Shown here: piece by piece, positions 18,956-28,669 of the stretch
How the letters are laid out: every line of letters begins with the position of its first letter
Position numbering within the stretch: position 1 is the stretch's first letter
Source: Fibrobacterales bacterium
Lineage (GTDB): Bacteria > Fibrobacterota > Fibrobacteria > Fibrobacterales > JAOPTW01
Assembly: GCA_051532055.1 (NCBI GenBank)
Contig: JAOPTX010000048.1
Coordinates: 1-36,896, forward strand
Length of the DNA: 36,896 nucleotides
Reading direction: 5' to 3'
The notes under the pieces: model-generated
What the model was told of the DNA's origin: nothing
The model's database searches: none
The model's input: the letters and a program-made list of their open reading frames with translations, nothing else
Translations under genes and position numbers: made by a program

Positions 18956-19789
18956 ATGGACATCTACCACTACGACAATTTTCGAGAATTTCTTTTTGAT
19001 GCTTATGAACAGAAAAAAGAAAAAATATCAGGCTACTCATATAGAAAGTTTGCTCGTGATGCAGGGATTAGCAACCCTGGGTATCTCAATGATGTTATAA
19101 AGGGAACAAGGACACTGAGTGTAAACGCATGTGAAAAAATATCTCATGGATTTAATCTTACACATCAAGAGGCAGAATTCCTTCTACTCCTCACACAATA
19201 TGGCCAAGCAAAAAAGAAGGACCTTAGACAAGAGCTCTACAAAAAAATCATGTATCGAAGAAGCAGAAGCTCATTTGCTCGTATAAAACCCGAACAGAGT
19301 AAATACTATGAAGATTATCGATATGCCCTCATAAGAACAGCTATAGACACCTACAACTTCAAAGGAGATTATTTTGATTTTGCGGAGTTTTTCAAACCAC
19401 CTATCCCCGTGAATGACATCAAGCGATGCGTCCGAGATCTATGTAAGTGGAATATGATTTATCAAGATGCAAAGGGCGCCTACCATACAACCTACACAGT
19501 CATTGAGCCCCCTCCCACACTCAAAGGACTCATCAGAGAGATCAACAAGGAGTGGATCGACCAAGCCAAAGAGGCCATAGACCTTTTCACTCCGGAAGAA
19601 CGACATATATCTACAATACTTCTGAGTGTCAGTAATAAAAACGCAAAAAAGATCCTCACTGAGACCGAAGAGTTTCGCAAAAAAATATTCTCTATTATTC
19701 AAGACGACACAACCCCTGAACAAGTCATGCAACTCAACATTCAGGTATTTCCAAAAACAACTACTCAATCTAAACGAGACAAATCATGA
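18956..19789 (+). CDS. TIGR02147/DUF4423-like protein with N-terminal HTH
   Basis: Y-x-x-F-R-x-F-L-x-D-x-Y, SYRKFARDAGISNPGYLNDVIKGTR, ERHISTI, VMQLNIQVFP; 277 aa. Confidence 0.85.
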   Translation: MDIYHYDNFREFLFDAYEQKKEKISGYSYRKFARDAGISNPGYLNDVIKGTRTLSVNACEKISHGFNLTHQEAEFLLLLTQYGQAKKKDLRQELYKKIMYRRSRSSFARIKPEQSKYYEDYRYALIRTAIDTYNFKGDYFDFAEFFKPPIPVNDIKRCVRDLCKWNMIYQDAKGAYHTTYTVIEPPPTLKGLIREINKEWIDQAKEAIDLFTPEERHISTILLSVSNKNAKKILTETEEFRKKIFSIIQDDTTPEQVMQLNIQVFPKTTTQSKRDKS

Positions 19790-21180
19790 GACACTTCGTT
19801 GTATTTTTTATTGCACTCTGCTTATGGAACTGCAGCACCAAAGAGGTAGCGGGCAACGCTGATGAGTTCCCCAACTATATATCACACCAAGACAGCATCA
19901 CTCTTGCTCAAATAGGAGAACGCCTCCCTGAGAACATTGGCATTACACAAAACTGGAATAGACTCGACTCTTCGACGCCCACATTTACCTTAGAACAAAA
20001 GGCACTCCTCAAACAACAGCCTGAGAACACCTCAAAAACTGATTTTCTTCAGCGTAGCATTCAAATCCCCCCTAACATCGCTCTACTTACGAAAACTACA
20101 GACTCACTGCTGGTAGACATGAGTGATTCAGCCAAAGGCATTGTATATGTATATCATTGGAAAATACGTGACAACTATAATGAATTTGACACCCTCACTC
20201 TTCTACTCGACCACTATACCTTTGATGCTATAAAGGACAATGAAACCATCATCGCATTCCGGTCCAAAAAAGAGCTCCACTCTGGACTCAGCACTGAATA
20301 CATTGAGTACCTCGATGGCGATGGCGACGGCATTATTAGCCCCGATCGTGATACGAGCGCCACTAGTTCGACATTCTTTACTCACCGCACAATCACCCCC
20401 CTCAAAACAACAGAAACGTTTAACCACCTAGGAGCCGGCCCAGACAACGACTTCAATACCGACAATGACAACCCAATCTATGCAGCCTATGAACACGACT
20501 GGAATGCTACCATAGACACTCTTTCATTTACAGCATATTTCGACAAAGACAATGATGGCATTATCCTTAACCCCATACTAGATTCGACAAAAGTGATGAT
20601 TAACACAATCAAAAACAACCTCACGTCTATTGAGCGAGAATCTGCAACAATGGTTATCTTTCCTGACAACCCAAACAACAACTATGCCACACACTTCGTA
20701 GGGCACGCAACCACTCCCACAACCGAGAAAAAAGTAACCACAACCCCACTGAAAATAGATGGTGAATTTTATCCGGGAGATTCAATTATCGTCATAACAA
20801 GCACATTGACTTTTAATGAAATTGATACTTTAATTACTCAAAATGACACCATCTATGCAACGCTATCAACCGCATCTTCATTAAACTCAATCACGCAAGG
20901 ATACCATTTTATCAGTGCAACATACACCCCAAATGCAGTCGGCGACACTGACCGCACCTCTCATTTCACCCTTACTCCCGACACCCCTCTCACCGATAGT
21001 GATGACTTTACTTATGGAGACTTCTCCTGGGATACCCAAAAACCAAGTGGTCAAACTACCTCTACATTCGGAACAATTTCACCCAACGGGACAACGGCAA
21101 TTGTAGTCATTGACGACCGTCACTATACTATTTACTGGAATCCTGGCGGTTCGATACGCACGGTTCAACAAGTACAATAA
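19786..21180 (+). CDS. Lipoprotein with DxDxDG calcium-binding-like motifs
   Basis: Lipobox LWN-C; ATGA overlap with the TIGR02147-like gene; YLDGDGDGII and YFDKDNDGII. Confidence 0.7.
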   Translation: MRHFVVFFIALCLWNCSTKEVAGNADEFPNYISHQDSITLAQIGERLPENIGITQNWNRLDSSTPTFTLEQKALLKQQPENTSKTDFLQRSIQIPPNIALLTKTTDSLLVDMSDSAKGIVYVYHWKIRDNYNEFDTLTLLLDHYTFDAIKDNETIIAFRSKKELHSGLSTEYIEYLDGDGDGIISPDRDTSATSSTFFTHRTITPLKTTETFNHLGAGPDNDFNTDNDNPIYAAYEHDWNATIDTLSFTAYFDKDNDGIILNPILDSTKVMINTIKNNLTSIERESATMVIFPDNPNNNYATHFVGHATTPTTEKKVTTTPLKIDGEFYPGDSIIVITSTLTFNEIDTLITQNDTIYATLSTASSLNSITQGYHFISATYTPNAVGDTDRTSHFTLTPDTPLTDSDDFTYGDFSWDTQKPSGQTTSTFGTISPNGTTAIVVIDDRHYTIYWNPGGSIRTVQQVQ

Positions 21181-21352
21181 TCGTAATCATTATTTATACT
21201 GGACCCATAACATATTGCACATTATAGCCCTTTTAACACATATTAAGCCATATTTTATTCACCACCTGTAATCGCTTTTATATCGTCAATATGCCGCGCA
21301 ATTTAATTATGTAGAATTAGGAGTAGATAAACAACACAACAAAGGCATACTT

Positions 21353-22729
21353 ATGAAAATTCTACTCCCACTATTCACAGCGGTCCCCTTTTTAATTCTC
21401 TTGGGGTGTAACCTTACTCAAACAGAAACTGAACCTGCACCACAATCGGCCAGCACCACTGCCAGCATACAACAACCTGAACTTACTAAGTTGGCAGAAA
21501 ATCTTTTTGATATCCCCGCTGCGATTGGAGGTACATCCTCCAACAAAGTACTTTCTCAAGGAGCCTTAAAAAACAGCAATACATCCCTTGAAAACAAAAC
21601 GTACAAGGCTTATGAAAGCATACCACAATATATCGCACTTACTCAAAAAGGCAAAGAAGTAGTGCAGTCATACATTAAAAAAATAAATAACTATTACATC
21701 CCTGATGCGTTGACATGGGTAGATGGCGCCCTTACCATCACCATTACTCGTCAAGACGAAACCTCCAATGGGAACATTCATTCATTAGTTACTGTAAAGG
21801 CTATCAATGACGGTGAGCTCGTTCTTCATCTCAATTATTGGAAAAATGCCAACAGAGAGTATCAAGGTACCTTTTACTATTACGAACGAGAAAAAGTTAA
21901 TGAACTAGGGAATCATGTCTCTGTTCACTTCAATGGACAAGACAAGGAGAAATTGGGTAGTCGAATGATTATCACATTCTATCAAACACCAGAAAACCTC
22001 GCCCATTCTAAGGACACCAATGGCCCACAAATTGTCCGGGTGAATGCCGTTAAATATGGGGTGCACGTGGTCACCACAGGCGGCTCCTATCACCCAACAT
22101 TCAGAGATGCATTTTGGAACCAAGACACTCTTGGCTGTGATCAAGAAAATACCTGTACTCCCAAGGCATACATGTATGCCTTTCAAGCCGCTGCACACCT
22201 CACCAATGAAGTAGGTGTATTTACCGCGTCATTTGCACCAGCCGACAGCCTTACCCAATTAAATAGTTCTGAATACGCTATCGACCAAGTCACTATCTCC
22301 CTCTTACATCAAGCATTTATTAAGGAACTTACAGCCCCTGAAAATAGTCAAAATAATTTTTTAAACCTCGTACTCTGGAGCATTGAAACGAATCAGTCTG
22401 TAGCCCTTAATAAACTCGATGAAGCATTTGCCTACAAGCCAACAATGAGTGCAACTGAAATGACGAGAAATGAATACCTCTATTTTTTATCACTGAATGA
22501 AGAATGGCTTCGCAGTGAAGGGCATGGTGAGACACTTGACTTTATAAGCGCAACCCAACCGATATTTTTTAATAGAACTCTTGATGTTATTGGTGATGGT
22601 GATGATGAAGCAAATGGCGTTCAATTTGGCATTGAATCGAGTGTACTCTCACATGAGCTGGCTATCCCCTTCAATCCTGAAGACCTCACCTCTTTTGACC
22701 CAACTACAGAGCAAATAATTAACTGGTAG
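21353..22729 (+). CDS. Hypothetical lipoprotein
   Basis: Lipobox LLG-C followed by a Ser/Thr/Pro linker; 458-aa ORF. Confidence 0.7.
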   Translation: MKILLPLFTAVPFLILLGCNLTQTETEPAPQSASTTASIQQPELTKLAENLFDIPAAIGGTSSNKVLSQGALKNSNTSLENKTYKAYESIPQYIALTQKGKEVVQSYIKKINNYYIPDALTWVDGALTITITRQDETSNGNIHSLVTVKAINDGELVLHLNYWKNANREYQGTFYYYEREKVNELGNHVSVHFNGQDKEKLGSRMIITFYQTPENLAHSKDTNGPQIVRVNAVKYGVHVVTTGGSYHPTFRDAFWNQDTLGCDQENTCTPKAYMYAFQAAAHLTNEVGVFTASFAPADSLTQLNSSEYAIDQVTISLLHQAFIKELTAPENSQNNFLNLVLWSIETNQSVALNKLDEAFAYKPTMSATEMTRNEYLYFLSLNEEWLRSEGHGETLDFISATQPIFFNRTLDVIGDGDDEANGVQFGIESSVLSHELAIPFNPEDLTSFDPTTEQIINW

Positions 22730-22748
22730 GAAATTCAGCATTACCCAC

Positions 22749-22785
22749 AAAAAAATCCCAGAGGTAAACCCTCTGGGATTTTTTT
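22749..22785. terminator. Bidirectional intrinsic terminator
   Basis: A7-TCCCAGAGG-taaac-CCTCTGGGA-T7 between convergent genes. Confidence 0.88.
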
Positions 22786-22801
22786 AATTTGAAATCTATC
22801 T

Positions 22802-23527
22802 CTATTTTTTAGCAGTACAATCAAGTTTTAATTGTGCAATGGTCCCTTTACCAAATAACCCATAATAAGCGCTTTTAATCCAGTTGCCACCCTTTTGTTT
22901 GTTCACTGCCATTTGATAAGCCTTCAAGGCTTCTGATGCAGAGGCCTGATCTCCATCAGGCTCACCTTTAAAATAGCCGAGGAATTTGAGTATTTTTTGG
23001 AGATGGAGCATATCAGCTGTAAAATCAACACTCTCTTCTTGAGCAACCCGAGTATCTATTAATCCTCGAGAAATAGTCGCAAGCCGAGACTCAAGCAAAA
23101 AGAGATTATAGCGCCAATCTTCCTGTTGATATTGATACTCTTTCGCCCCTTTAAAAACAGTGTGAAGCTCCATTTGCAAGTTTTCATTCGTTAACGTAAC
23201 ACCAGGAAAGTGCCCACCAAAGATATCATTAATGTCTTTAAGAGTTAGGGCCCTCTTCAATTGATTGGTGAGTACAATATTTTTGCTTTTAAGGGTGTTC
23301 AGTTCCTCTTGGTCAACTTTCGCAACCTCAACTGCATCTCTATTGAGAACCAGCACTACGCTATTTACAACCAATAAAAAAGCAGCTATTCCAATAACGG
23401 CTACAACCGCTACTAATACATTCTGATTTCGCTCTTCATCCTTATACTCCAAATAGATAAGGATAGCCCCAAGGAGCATAAGAATCATTGCGATAACTGT
23501 CAGTCCAATCTCTATAAACGTAACCAT
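22802..23527 (-). CDS. Membrane protein with 2 N-terminal TM helices, a coiled coil and a C-terminal peptidoglycan-binding-like domain
   Basis: LQKILKFLGYFKGEPDG...ALKAYQ...GLFGKGTIAQL resembles PG_binding_1; AGGTG RBS. Confidence 0.6.
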   Translation of the reverse strand: MVTFIEIGLTVIAMILMLLGAILIYLEYKDEERNQNVLVAVVAVIGIAAFLLVVNSVVLVLNRDAVEVAKVDQEELNTLKSKNIVLTNQLKRALTLKDINDIFGGHFPGVTLTNENLQMELHTVFKGAKEYQYQQEDWRYNLFLLESRLATISRGLIDTRVAQEESVDFTADMLHLQKILKFLGYFKGEPDGDQASASEALKAYQMAVNKQKGGNWIKSAYYGLFGKGTIAQLKLDCTAKK

Positions 23528-23632
23528 ATAACACCTATATTAACGCTGTGTTTTCTTTATTATTGTATCACTTTTTGGAATTTGAGGCTAGGGAAAATTA
23601 TGATTTAAGCAGTTTAGGGTATTATAAATCTC

Positions 23633-23662
23633 GATTAACTAAAAACCCATTTTTAGTTAATC
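23633..23662. repeat. 13-bp AT-rich inverted repeat just after the usher stop (terminator or operator)
   Basis: GATTAACTAAAAA-ccca-TTTTTAGTTAATC. Confidence 0.5.
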
Positions 23663-23665
23663 CTA

Positions 23666-26600
23666 CTATTCTTCAACTTTATTCTTTTTCTGTAGTGCAT
23701 CGAAGGCTTTTTCATAATCCTTTTGGTCGGAACCACTTGATTGCACTACCCAAAAGTCACCCGCCTCATATAAATCACTCTCACCTTCTGGTACGGTAAA
23801 TACACCACCGAATATATACCCATCAACACGAATTTCCACTTTATATGAACGCCCCGCAATACAAGTCGCCTGAAAACGTCCTACTTGATTGGTAAATGAT
23901 GTTTGTACTTTTTCTTCTATAATCTCTTTATTTTCATCAAGTTCAAATATTCTAAATACTCGACGTGAAAAAGGTGTTCCAGATTCTTGTTTCAGAGTCC
24001 CGAGTAACACTACACCATTTTGAGAGCCTACAACAAATTCGAAGCCTGTTTTATACCCAGACTCAATGGCAAACTGAGTTTGTATTGGCTCGGACCCAAA
24101 GGGTAAATTTGGTTCAAGGGATAGATTCCTCTGTTGATAATTGCCTATGTTCGTAATCACTGCTGGGAATAATGGATAGGCCACAGCTTCTTCATCTCGC
24201 TCACCCATTGGATTAATACGCGTAGATTTAAAGGTCATATTTTTATTGTTTCGCACTAATGCAAAACTACCGTATACTGGTTTAGTTATAGCAATTGAAG
24301 TACCAGCCCATGCGATACCGGTCGCCACGTCTATTGATGCCTCACGCTGGATTACATTTATATTTTCACCATTTTGATCTACAATTCTGTACCCAAACCG
24401 GAGGTCCCCCCAATTTGACCCTCCAGAACCTTGTACACCCACATCAGTGTAGTCATCAGTCATAGTAGCATCTGCTCCAAGACCATGATATAATCCTCCC
24501 CTGCCCATCTCAGAATAACCCCAAGTGGCCTGTCCTGTATTCTTCCATTCTTTAGTTGGTGCTTCAAATTCATTAATCACGTCCCCTTGGCTATTGTATT
24601 TAGGGGCAAAAGGTTGTTTCCTTTGAGCGAGCTTATTCGAAACTCTAACAGAATGACGCCCCACTTTGAAATTGTATCGAGCATCGACACCCAAAGTTAA
24701 ATCTGAGCCATCCACCATGTCACTTTTATAATTTATATTGAGCCCTGCACTAAAACCATTTCCCCATGACTTACCCAAGGTAGCGGTCAGTATTGTTTCA
24801 TTAAATTCTCTATCTAATCGCCCTGTTGAATCTTCGTTGATATAATATCCTAATTGGAGACCAATAGTAGTAGCCTGAGGAAGTGCCGCATGTACTCCAC
24901 CTGAAAGCTGTAAAAATGTCGGGCCAAACAAGGCCTCTTTAGTGTGACGATCACCAAAATAATGGTCTCTATATTTTGTACGCAATCTCCAGCTAATAGC
25001 GGCATCTTTTTCAGTATCTATTCTATCAAATGTTCCAGAGACACCTGCTTCGGTATACCAACCGAGTATTCCCATATCGCTTTGCTCACCCAATACAACA
25101 TTATATGTAAAACCTCCATGCAGTAAATAAAGGCTGGCACTCAAGTTATGATCACCTTCAAGAGATACGAGACCATTTACATCGCCCTTGAGCCATTTTG
25201 TAAAACCCTGTCGATATTTCCCTTGAAAAATAAGTGAATCAGAATGGGGGCTATGCTCGCTTTCAAGGGTATCTGAATTAATTATCGTACTCTCTGTCCA
25301 TGGAGAAAAATTGTTAGCAAACTTCTTCCAAGATCTCTCTCTGCGAAAGCCTACTGAACCACCCCACAATATTTCACCAGTCGACACCAATTCTGCTTCT
25401 TCTAAAAAGCTAAAGTTTAAAAACTCCTTGGTTCCTGCAAAATCAATTATTTCTAATTGAATTTCATTTTCTTCTGAGATGTTATCAAAATCAGTTATTG
25501 AATGAACGCCTGAAGATAAATTTGTAACAGTCAACAATTTTTTATTCACATACACCCGGATTTCTGAGGCATTTTTTAATTCGAATTCTACATCATTTAA
25601 TTTTTTAGCATTGTTTGTTGACGTAATACGCCTAACTTTTTCGGCACCAAAACCAAACAATGCACCGCCACCGCCGCCGCCACTTGAGCTTAAGTCACCG
25701 AGAGTTAACCGTACTGCCCAATTTCTTAAATCCTTTACTAATCGTACTGTTGTGATCCGAAAAGGATCGGTGTCCCCTTCATAATAGGTCGCATTTACTT
25801 CTGTAACAAAAGAAAACAGATTCACCATTCCATCAAAATTTAAACTCAGTGGATTTTCTATCATAGTACTCTGTAAAATTAATTCATCTCTACAAAGAGC
25901 GCCACAAGGCTTTTTATAGTCATACATTTTAAAACGCTGTCTTCCTCGAGTATTGATGTATCCTGAAAATGCTGAGGCACTATATGCTGTTGCAGACGAA
26001 TGTACTGATCGGCTTTCAAACTCTTCCTTAAACCACTCAAAAGGAAACTGCATATAACACATGCCTCCTTCAAATTGCGCCTGTACAAGAATTTTCTTTC
26101 CTTTTAAATCATCAATGGATATCTTCCCATCTACAATAATATTAGTAAGGTGATCGAGAGAGTCTTTTACAAACTGCTTTTCTAAGATTGGCAAAAGGCC
26201 CTCTGATGATACTTTTTTTTCTTTATGGTAATACCAAATAGTCCCTCGTTTTTTTCCATTAATAATCAATTCACACTGATATTTGTCAGGAATTTCAGGC
26301 CCCTCAATACCAAATGCCAATCGATACATCTCTTCTCTACTCAAGTCGGATGTTTCACTGGTTTCTCCTAGGTTCTCTAAGGGGGATTTACCTACATTAT
26401 TTATAGGGGCTGCTGCAGTATCAAAATTTTGAGAGTCTTTATTTTCAATTCCACCATACTCTTTTAAAGTTGTCACTTTCTGATTCTGATCAATTAAACT
26501 CTCATCACCAATCTGATGATACTGTAGCAACGATTGTGTTTTAATATCTTTCTCAAGTTTATTCATACGATCACTCATACGATTAATTTCTTTAAATAGT

Positions 26601-27184
26601 TTTTTAAGCGTCGCACTATCTACTGCTGTAGTAGCCAGAGAAACTGATGGGTCATAAGGAAGTACTGCATTTTTCTCAATTTTTTTCTTGGGATATGCTC
26701 CATACTCAAATTTTTTAGGATCAAGTTCACCAAACACATTTTCTACATCATCCCACACTTTTGTAAAAGGCAAGCCTTTCAATTCTCGTCGAATCCGAGC
26801 CCCTTCCATTGGGTCTTTATGTTGCACAAAGCAAATCCCTTTTCGCTCCGCAAAATAGACGGTAAAACCAGATTGATACAAATCCCCAATAAAGAGATTC
26901 GTATTAATTCTTGAAGCCGGGAGAAACCGCTTAATTGGCGTTTTGTACATCAAATCTTTAATATGTTTTTCAAATACATAATCTTGTTGAAAGGTATCCC
27001 ACGAAAAATTAAAAAGGCCAAATTGATGCTTTTCAAAGACCAGAACCCAGCGTTTTCCTGTGAAGCTATCATTATACTGTGGAGTTGGAGTAGCGTCTTG
27101 TGAATAACCTCTTAAAAACAGGACTAAAACCATCAATACCATTGATCTCATTAGTCTTATTTTTTTAGGATATTTTAGAAACAT
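23666..27184 (-). CDS. Fimbrial outer-membrane usher-like protein with long N-terminal extension
   Basis: R-L-T-L-G-D; plug-like F-E-L-x-x-x-S-x-I-x-V-Y-V-N; GIAWAG...KPVYGSFALV; YKTG; FTNQVGRF; adjacent chaperone and pilin genes. Confidence 0.8.
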   Translation of the reverse strand: MFLKYPKKIRLMRSMVLMVLVLFLRGYSQDATPTPQYNDSFTGKRWVLVFEKHQFGLFNFSWDTFQQDYVFEKHIKDLMYKTPIKRFLPASRINTNLFIGDLYQSGFTVYFAERKGICFVQHKDPMEGARIRRELKGLPFTKVWDDVENVFGELDPKKFEYGAYPKKKIEKNAVLPYDPSVSLATTAVDSATLKKLFKEINRMSDRMNKLEKDIKTQSLLQYHQIGDESLIDQNQKVTTLKEYGGIENKDSQNFDTAAAPINNVGKSPLENLGETSETSDLSREEMYRLAFGIEGPEIPDKYQCELIINGKKRGTIWYYHKEKKVSSEGLLPILEKQFVKDSLDHLTNIIVDGKISIDDLKGKKILVQAQFEGGMCYMQFPFEWFKEEFESRSVHSSATAYSASAFSGYINTRGRQRFKMYDYKKPCGALCRDELILQSTMIENPLSLNFDGMVNLFSFVTEVNATYYEGDTDPFRITTVRLVKDLRNWAVRLTLGDLSSSGGGGGGALFGFGAEKVRRITSTNNAKKLNDVEFELKNASEIRVYVNKKLLTVTNLSSGVHSITDFDNISEENEIQLEIIDFAGTKEFLNFSFLEEAELVSTGEILWGGSVGFRRERSWKKFANNFSPWTESTIINSDTLESEHSPHSDSLIFQGKYRQGFTKWLKGDVNGLVSLEGDHNLSASLYLLHGGFTYNVVLGEQSDMGILGWYTEAGVSGTFDRIDTEKDAAISWRLRTKYRDHYFGDRHTKEALFGPTFLQLSGGVHAALPQATTIGLQLGYYINEDSTGRLDREFNETILTATLGKSWGNGFSAGLNINYKSDMVDGSDLTLGVDARYNFKVGRHSVRVSNKLAQRKQPFAPKYNSQGDVINEFEAPTKEWKNTGQATWGYSEMGRGGLYHGLGADATMTDDYTDVGVQGSGGSNWGDLRFGYRIVDQNGENINVIQREASIDVATGIAWAGTSIAITKPVYGSFALVRNNKNMTFKSTRINPMGERDEEAVAYPLFPAVITNIGNYQQRNLSLEPNLPFGSEPIQTQFAIESGYKTGFEFVVGSQNGVVLLGTLKQESGTPFSRRVFRIFELDENKEIIEEKVQTSFTNQVGRFQATCIAGRSYKVEIRVDGYIFGGVFTVPEGESDLYEAGDFWVVQSSGSDQKDYEKAFDALQKKNKVEE

Positions 27185-27247
27185 TATTAATTTAAATTTT
27201 TTGTGGTTATTAAGATTATACTATCATTTCACTTTATTTACCATAAC

Positions 27248-27271
27248 AAAAAAGCACGAGATCTCTCGTGC
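27248..27271 (-). terminator. Intrinsic terminator/attenuator between chaperone and usher
   Basis: Minus strand GCACGAG-agat-CTCGTGC followed by U6. Confidence 0.7.
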
Positions 27272-27294
27272 CCTTATATATATACTGTTATTAA

Positions 27295-28086
27295 TTATCG
27301 AATATCAAATACCGCGCTCACAGATTTAATCTTTAATACGTCATAATCCTTAGCGACAGCAAAGCTTACTTTACGTTTACCACCTGCCGTAATTCCATTG
27401 CGTACTCTATCCACATTTATAATATCCGGCTGAATGATCTTAGACCGGTTTAAATGGTCCAATACCTTAAACCTCATTTTCTCAAGTTTTTGGGAGGCTC
27501 TTCCCGTATTTTCCAAAATTACTTCCACCACTTTTTTTCCTTCAACTTTTATCTCTTTAAAGGAAAGAGTATTTATTTCAGGTTTAAAATTTTCATTCGT
27601 TAAAACGAGAATTGCCTCGTAGCGAACTACAGCTGTTATTGACCCTGTAGGTTTGGTTGGATCAGAGTTTTGCTCTAACCCTTTCACTGGAACCTGCTGA
27701 GCTGCAACCACATATTGCTTCTCTATTTCTGGTAAGTTCTTGCCTACCCACTGTATATGTACATTTTTATTTTCACCAGGCATTAAAACTACCTGTGCAG
27801 GATAGGCAACATAATCTTGAGTCGGCTCTTTACTGAGTCGCACCATTCCGTTTTCATCAACAGTTCTTTCATACACTTCAATTTCAATAGGAACAGGGCT
27901 CGTACCATTTTCTTTTGGGTAGCTTAAATTTGTTTTGGCTGTATATTCACCGTTATTTGAATTAAGTACCATAATAGTGGGGTACATCATAAAGCCACCA
28001 ACACCACCACTTCTTGCATGAGCCACTGAGGTGATCAAACCTACCAATCCTACAAGTACCAATTTCAAACCAAACTGTTTTACCAT
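27295..28086 (-). CDS. PapD-like periplasmic pilus chaperone
   Basis: Signal peptide (AHA), YPAQVVLMPGE-x-K-x-V, E-x-x-Y, QVP, LENTG, I-x-A-G-x-x-R; AGGAG RBS. Confidence 0.82.
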   Translation of the reverse strand: MVKQFGLKLVLVGLVGLITSVAHARSGGVGGFMMYPTIMVLNSNNGEYTAKTNLSYPKENGTSPVPIEIEVYERTVDENGMVRLSKEPTQDYVAYPAQVVLMPGENKNVHIQWVGKNLPEIEKQYVVAAQQVPVKGLEQNSDPTKPTGSITAVVRYEAILVLTNENFKPEINTLSFKEIKVEGKKVVEVILENTGRASQKLEKMRFKVLDHLNRSKIIQPDIINVDRVRNGITAGGKRKVSFAVAKDYDVLKIKSVSAVFDIR

Positions 28087-28102
28087 ACTATACTATCTCC
28101 TT

Positions 28103-28585
28103 TTACGGTTGTGCACTTACACTTACACTTACATTATCTTTATAAAAACCCGCCATCAATGAGGCTTCTTTACTCCACGTTGCTACTATTTTCACCAACA
28201 AGCCTGATGTGGTCCCTGAAGTTATTGAACCCGTAGTCTTAAACACGAAATCACTGCCTGACTGTATGCTATCTATACCTATTTCTTCTTCAGCAGAAAT
28301 TGAGAGTCCTGTCGCTAATTCTGATGTTGAAGGTACCTGTACATACATATTAGAATAGGTCTTAATTGTAGCAGCTCCTGCATGTACCATCTCTGCATTA
28401 TCAAAATCAAAAATCAATTCAAATCCATTCGTTGCATCACTATCAACAAAACAATACAGTATATCTCTTTTCGTTACATTGCTTTCAATATCAAGAAAGT
28501 AATTGCCTCGACACGTTACCGTATCAGCTCCAAAAACTGCACCCAATAAAACACAAAAAAAAGTAATTATTACTTTTTTAAACAT
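28103..28585 (-). CDS. Minor pilin-like subunit
   Basis: Signal peptide, Cys pair, C-terminal AGFYKDNVSVSV strand typical of chaperone-usher subunits; start revised to ATG 28585. Confidence 0.65.
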   Translation of the reverse strand: MFKKVIITFFCVLLGAVFGADTVTCRGNYFLDIESNVTKRDILYCFVDSDATNGFELIFDFDNAEMVHAGAATIKTYSNMYVQVPSTSELATGLSISAEEEIGIDSIQSGSDFVFKTTGSITSGTTSGLLVKIVATWSKEASLMAGFYKDNVSVSVSAQP

Positions 28586-28628
28586 ATTTACATGTCGATT
28601 GTGTGTATTGTTAATCATAAATCCAATT

Positions 28629-28653
28629 AAGGGCGTAAGATCCTTACGCCCTT
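28629..28653 (-). terminator. Stem-loop after the major pilin (mRNA stabiliser or partial terminator)
   Basis: AAGGGCGTAAG-atc-CTTACGCCCTT; weak U-tract on the coding strand. Confidence 0.6.
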
Positions 28654-28669
28654 TTATTAATAATTTTTC

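Noticed and set aside
25664..25681. GGC/GGT run encoding Gly6 in the usher
   Set aside because: Short in-frame linker with mixed codons; not a contingency repeat
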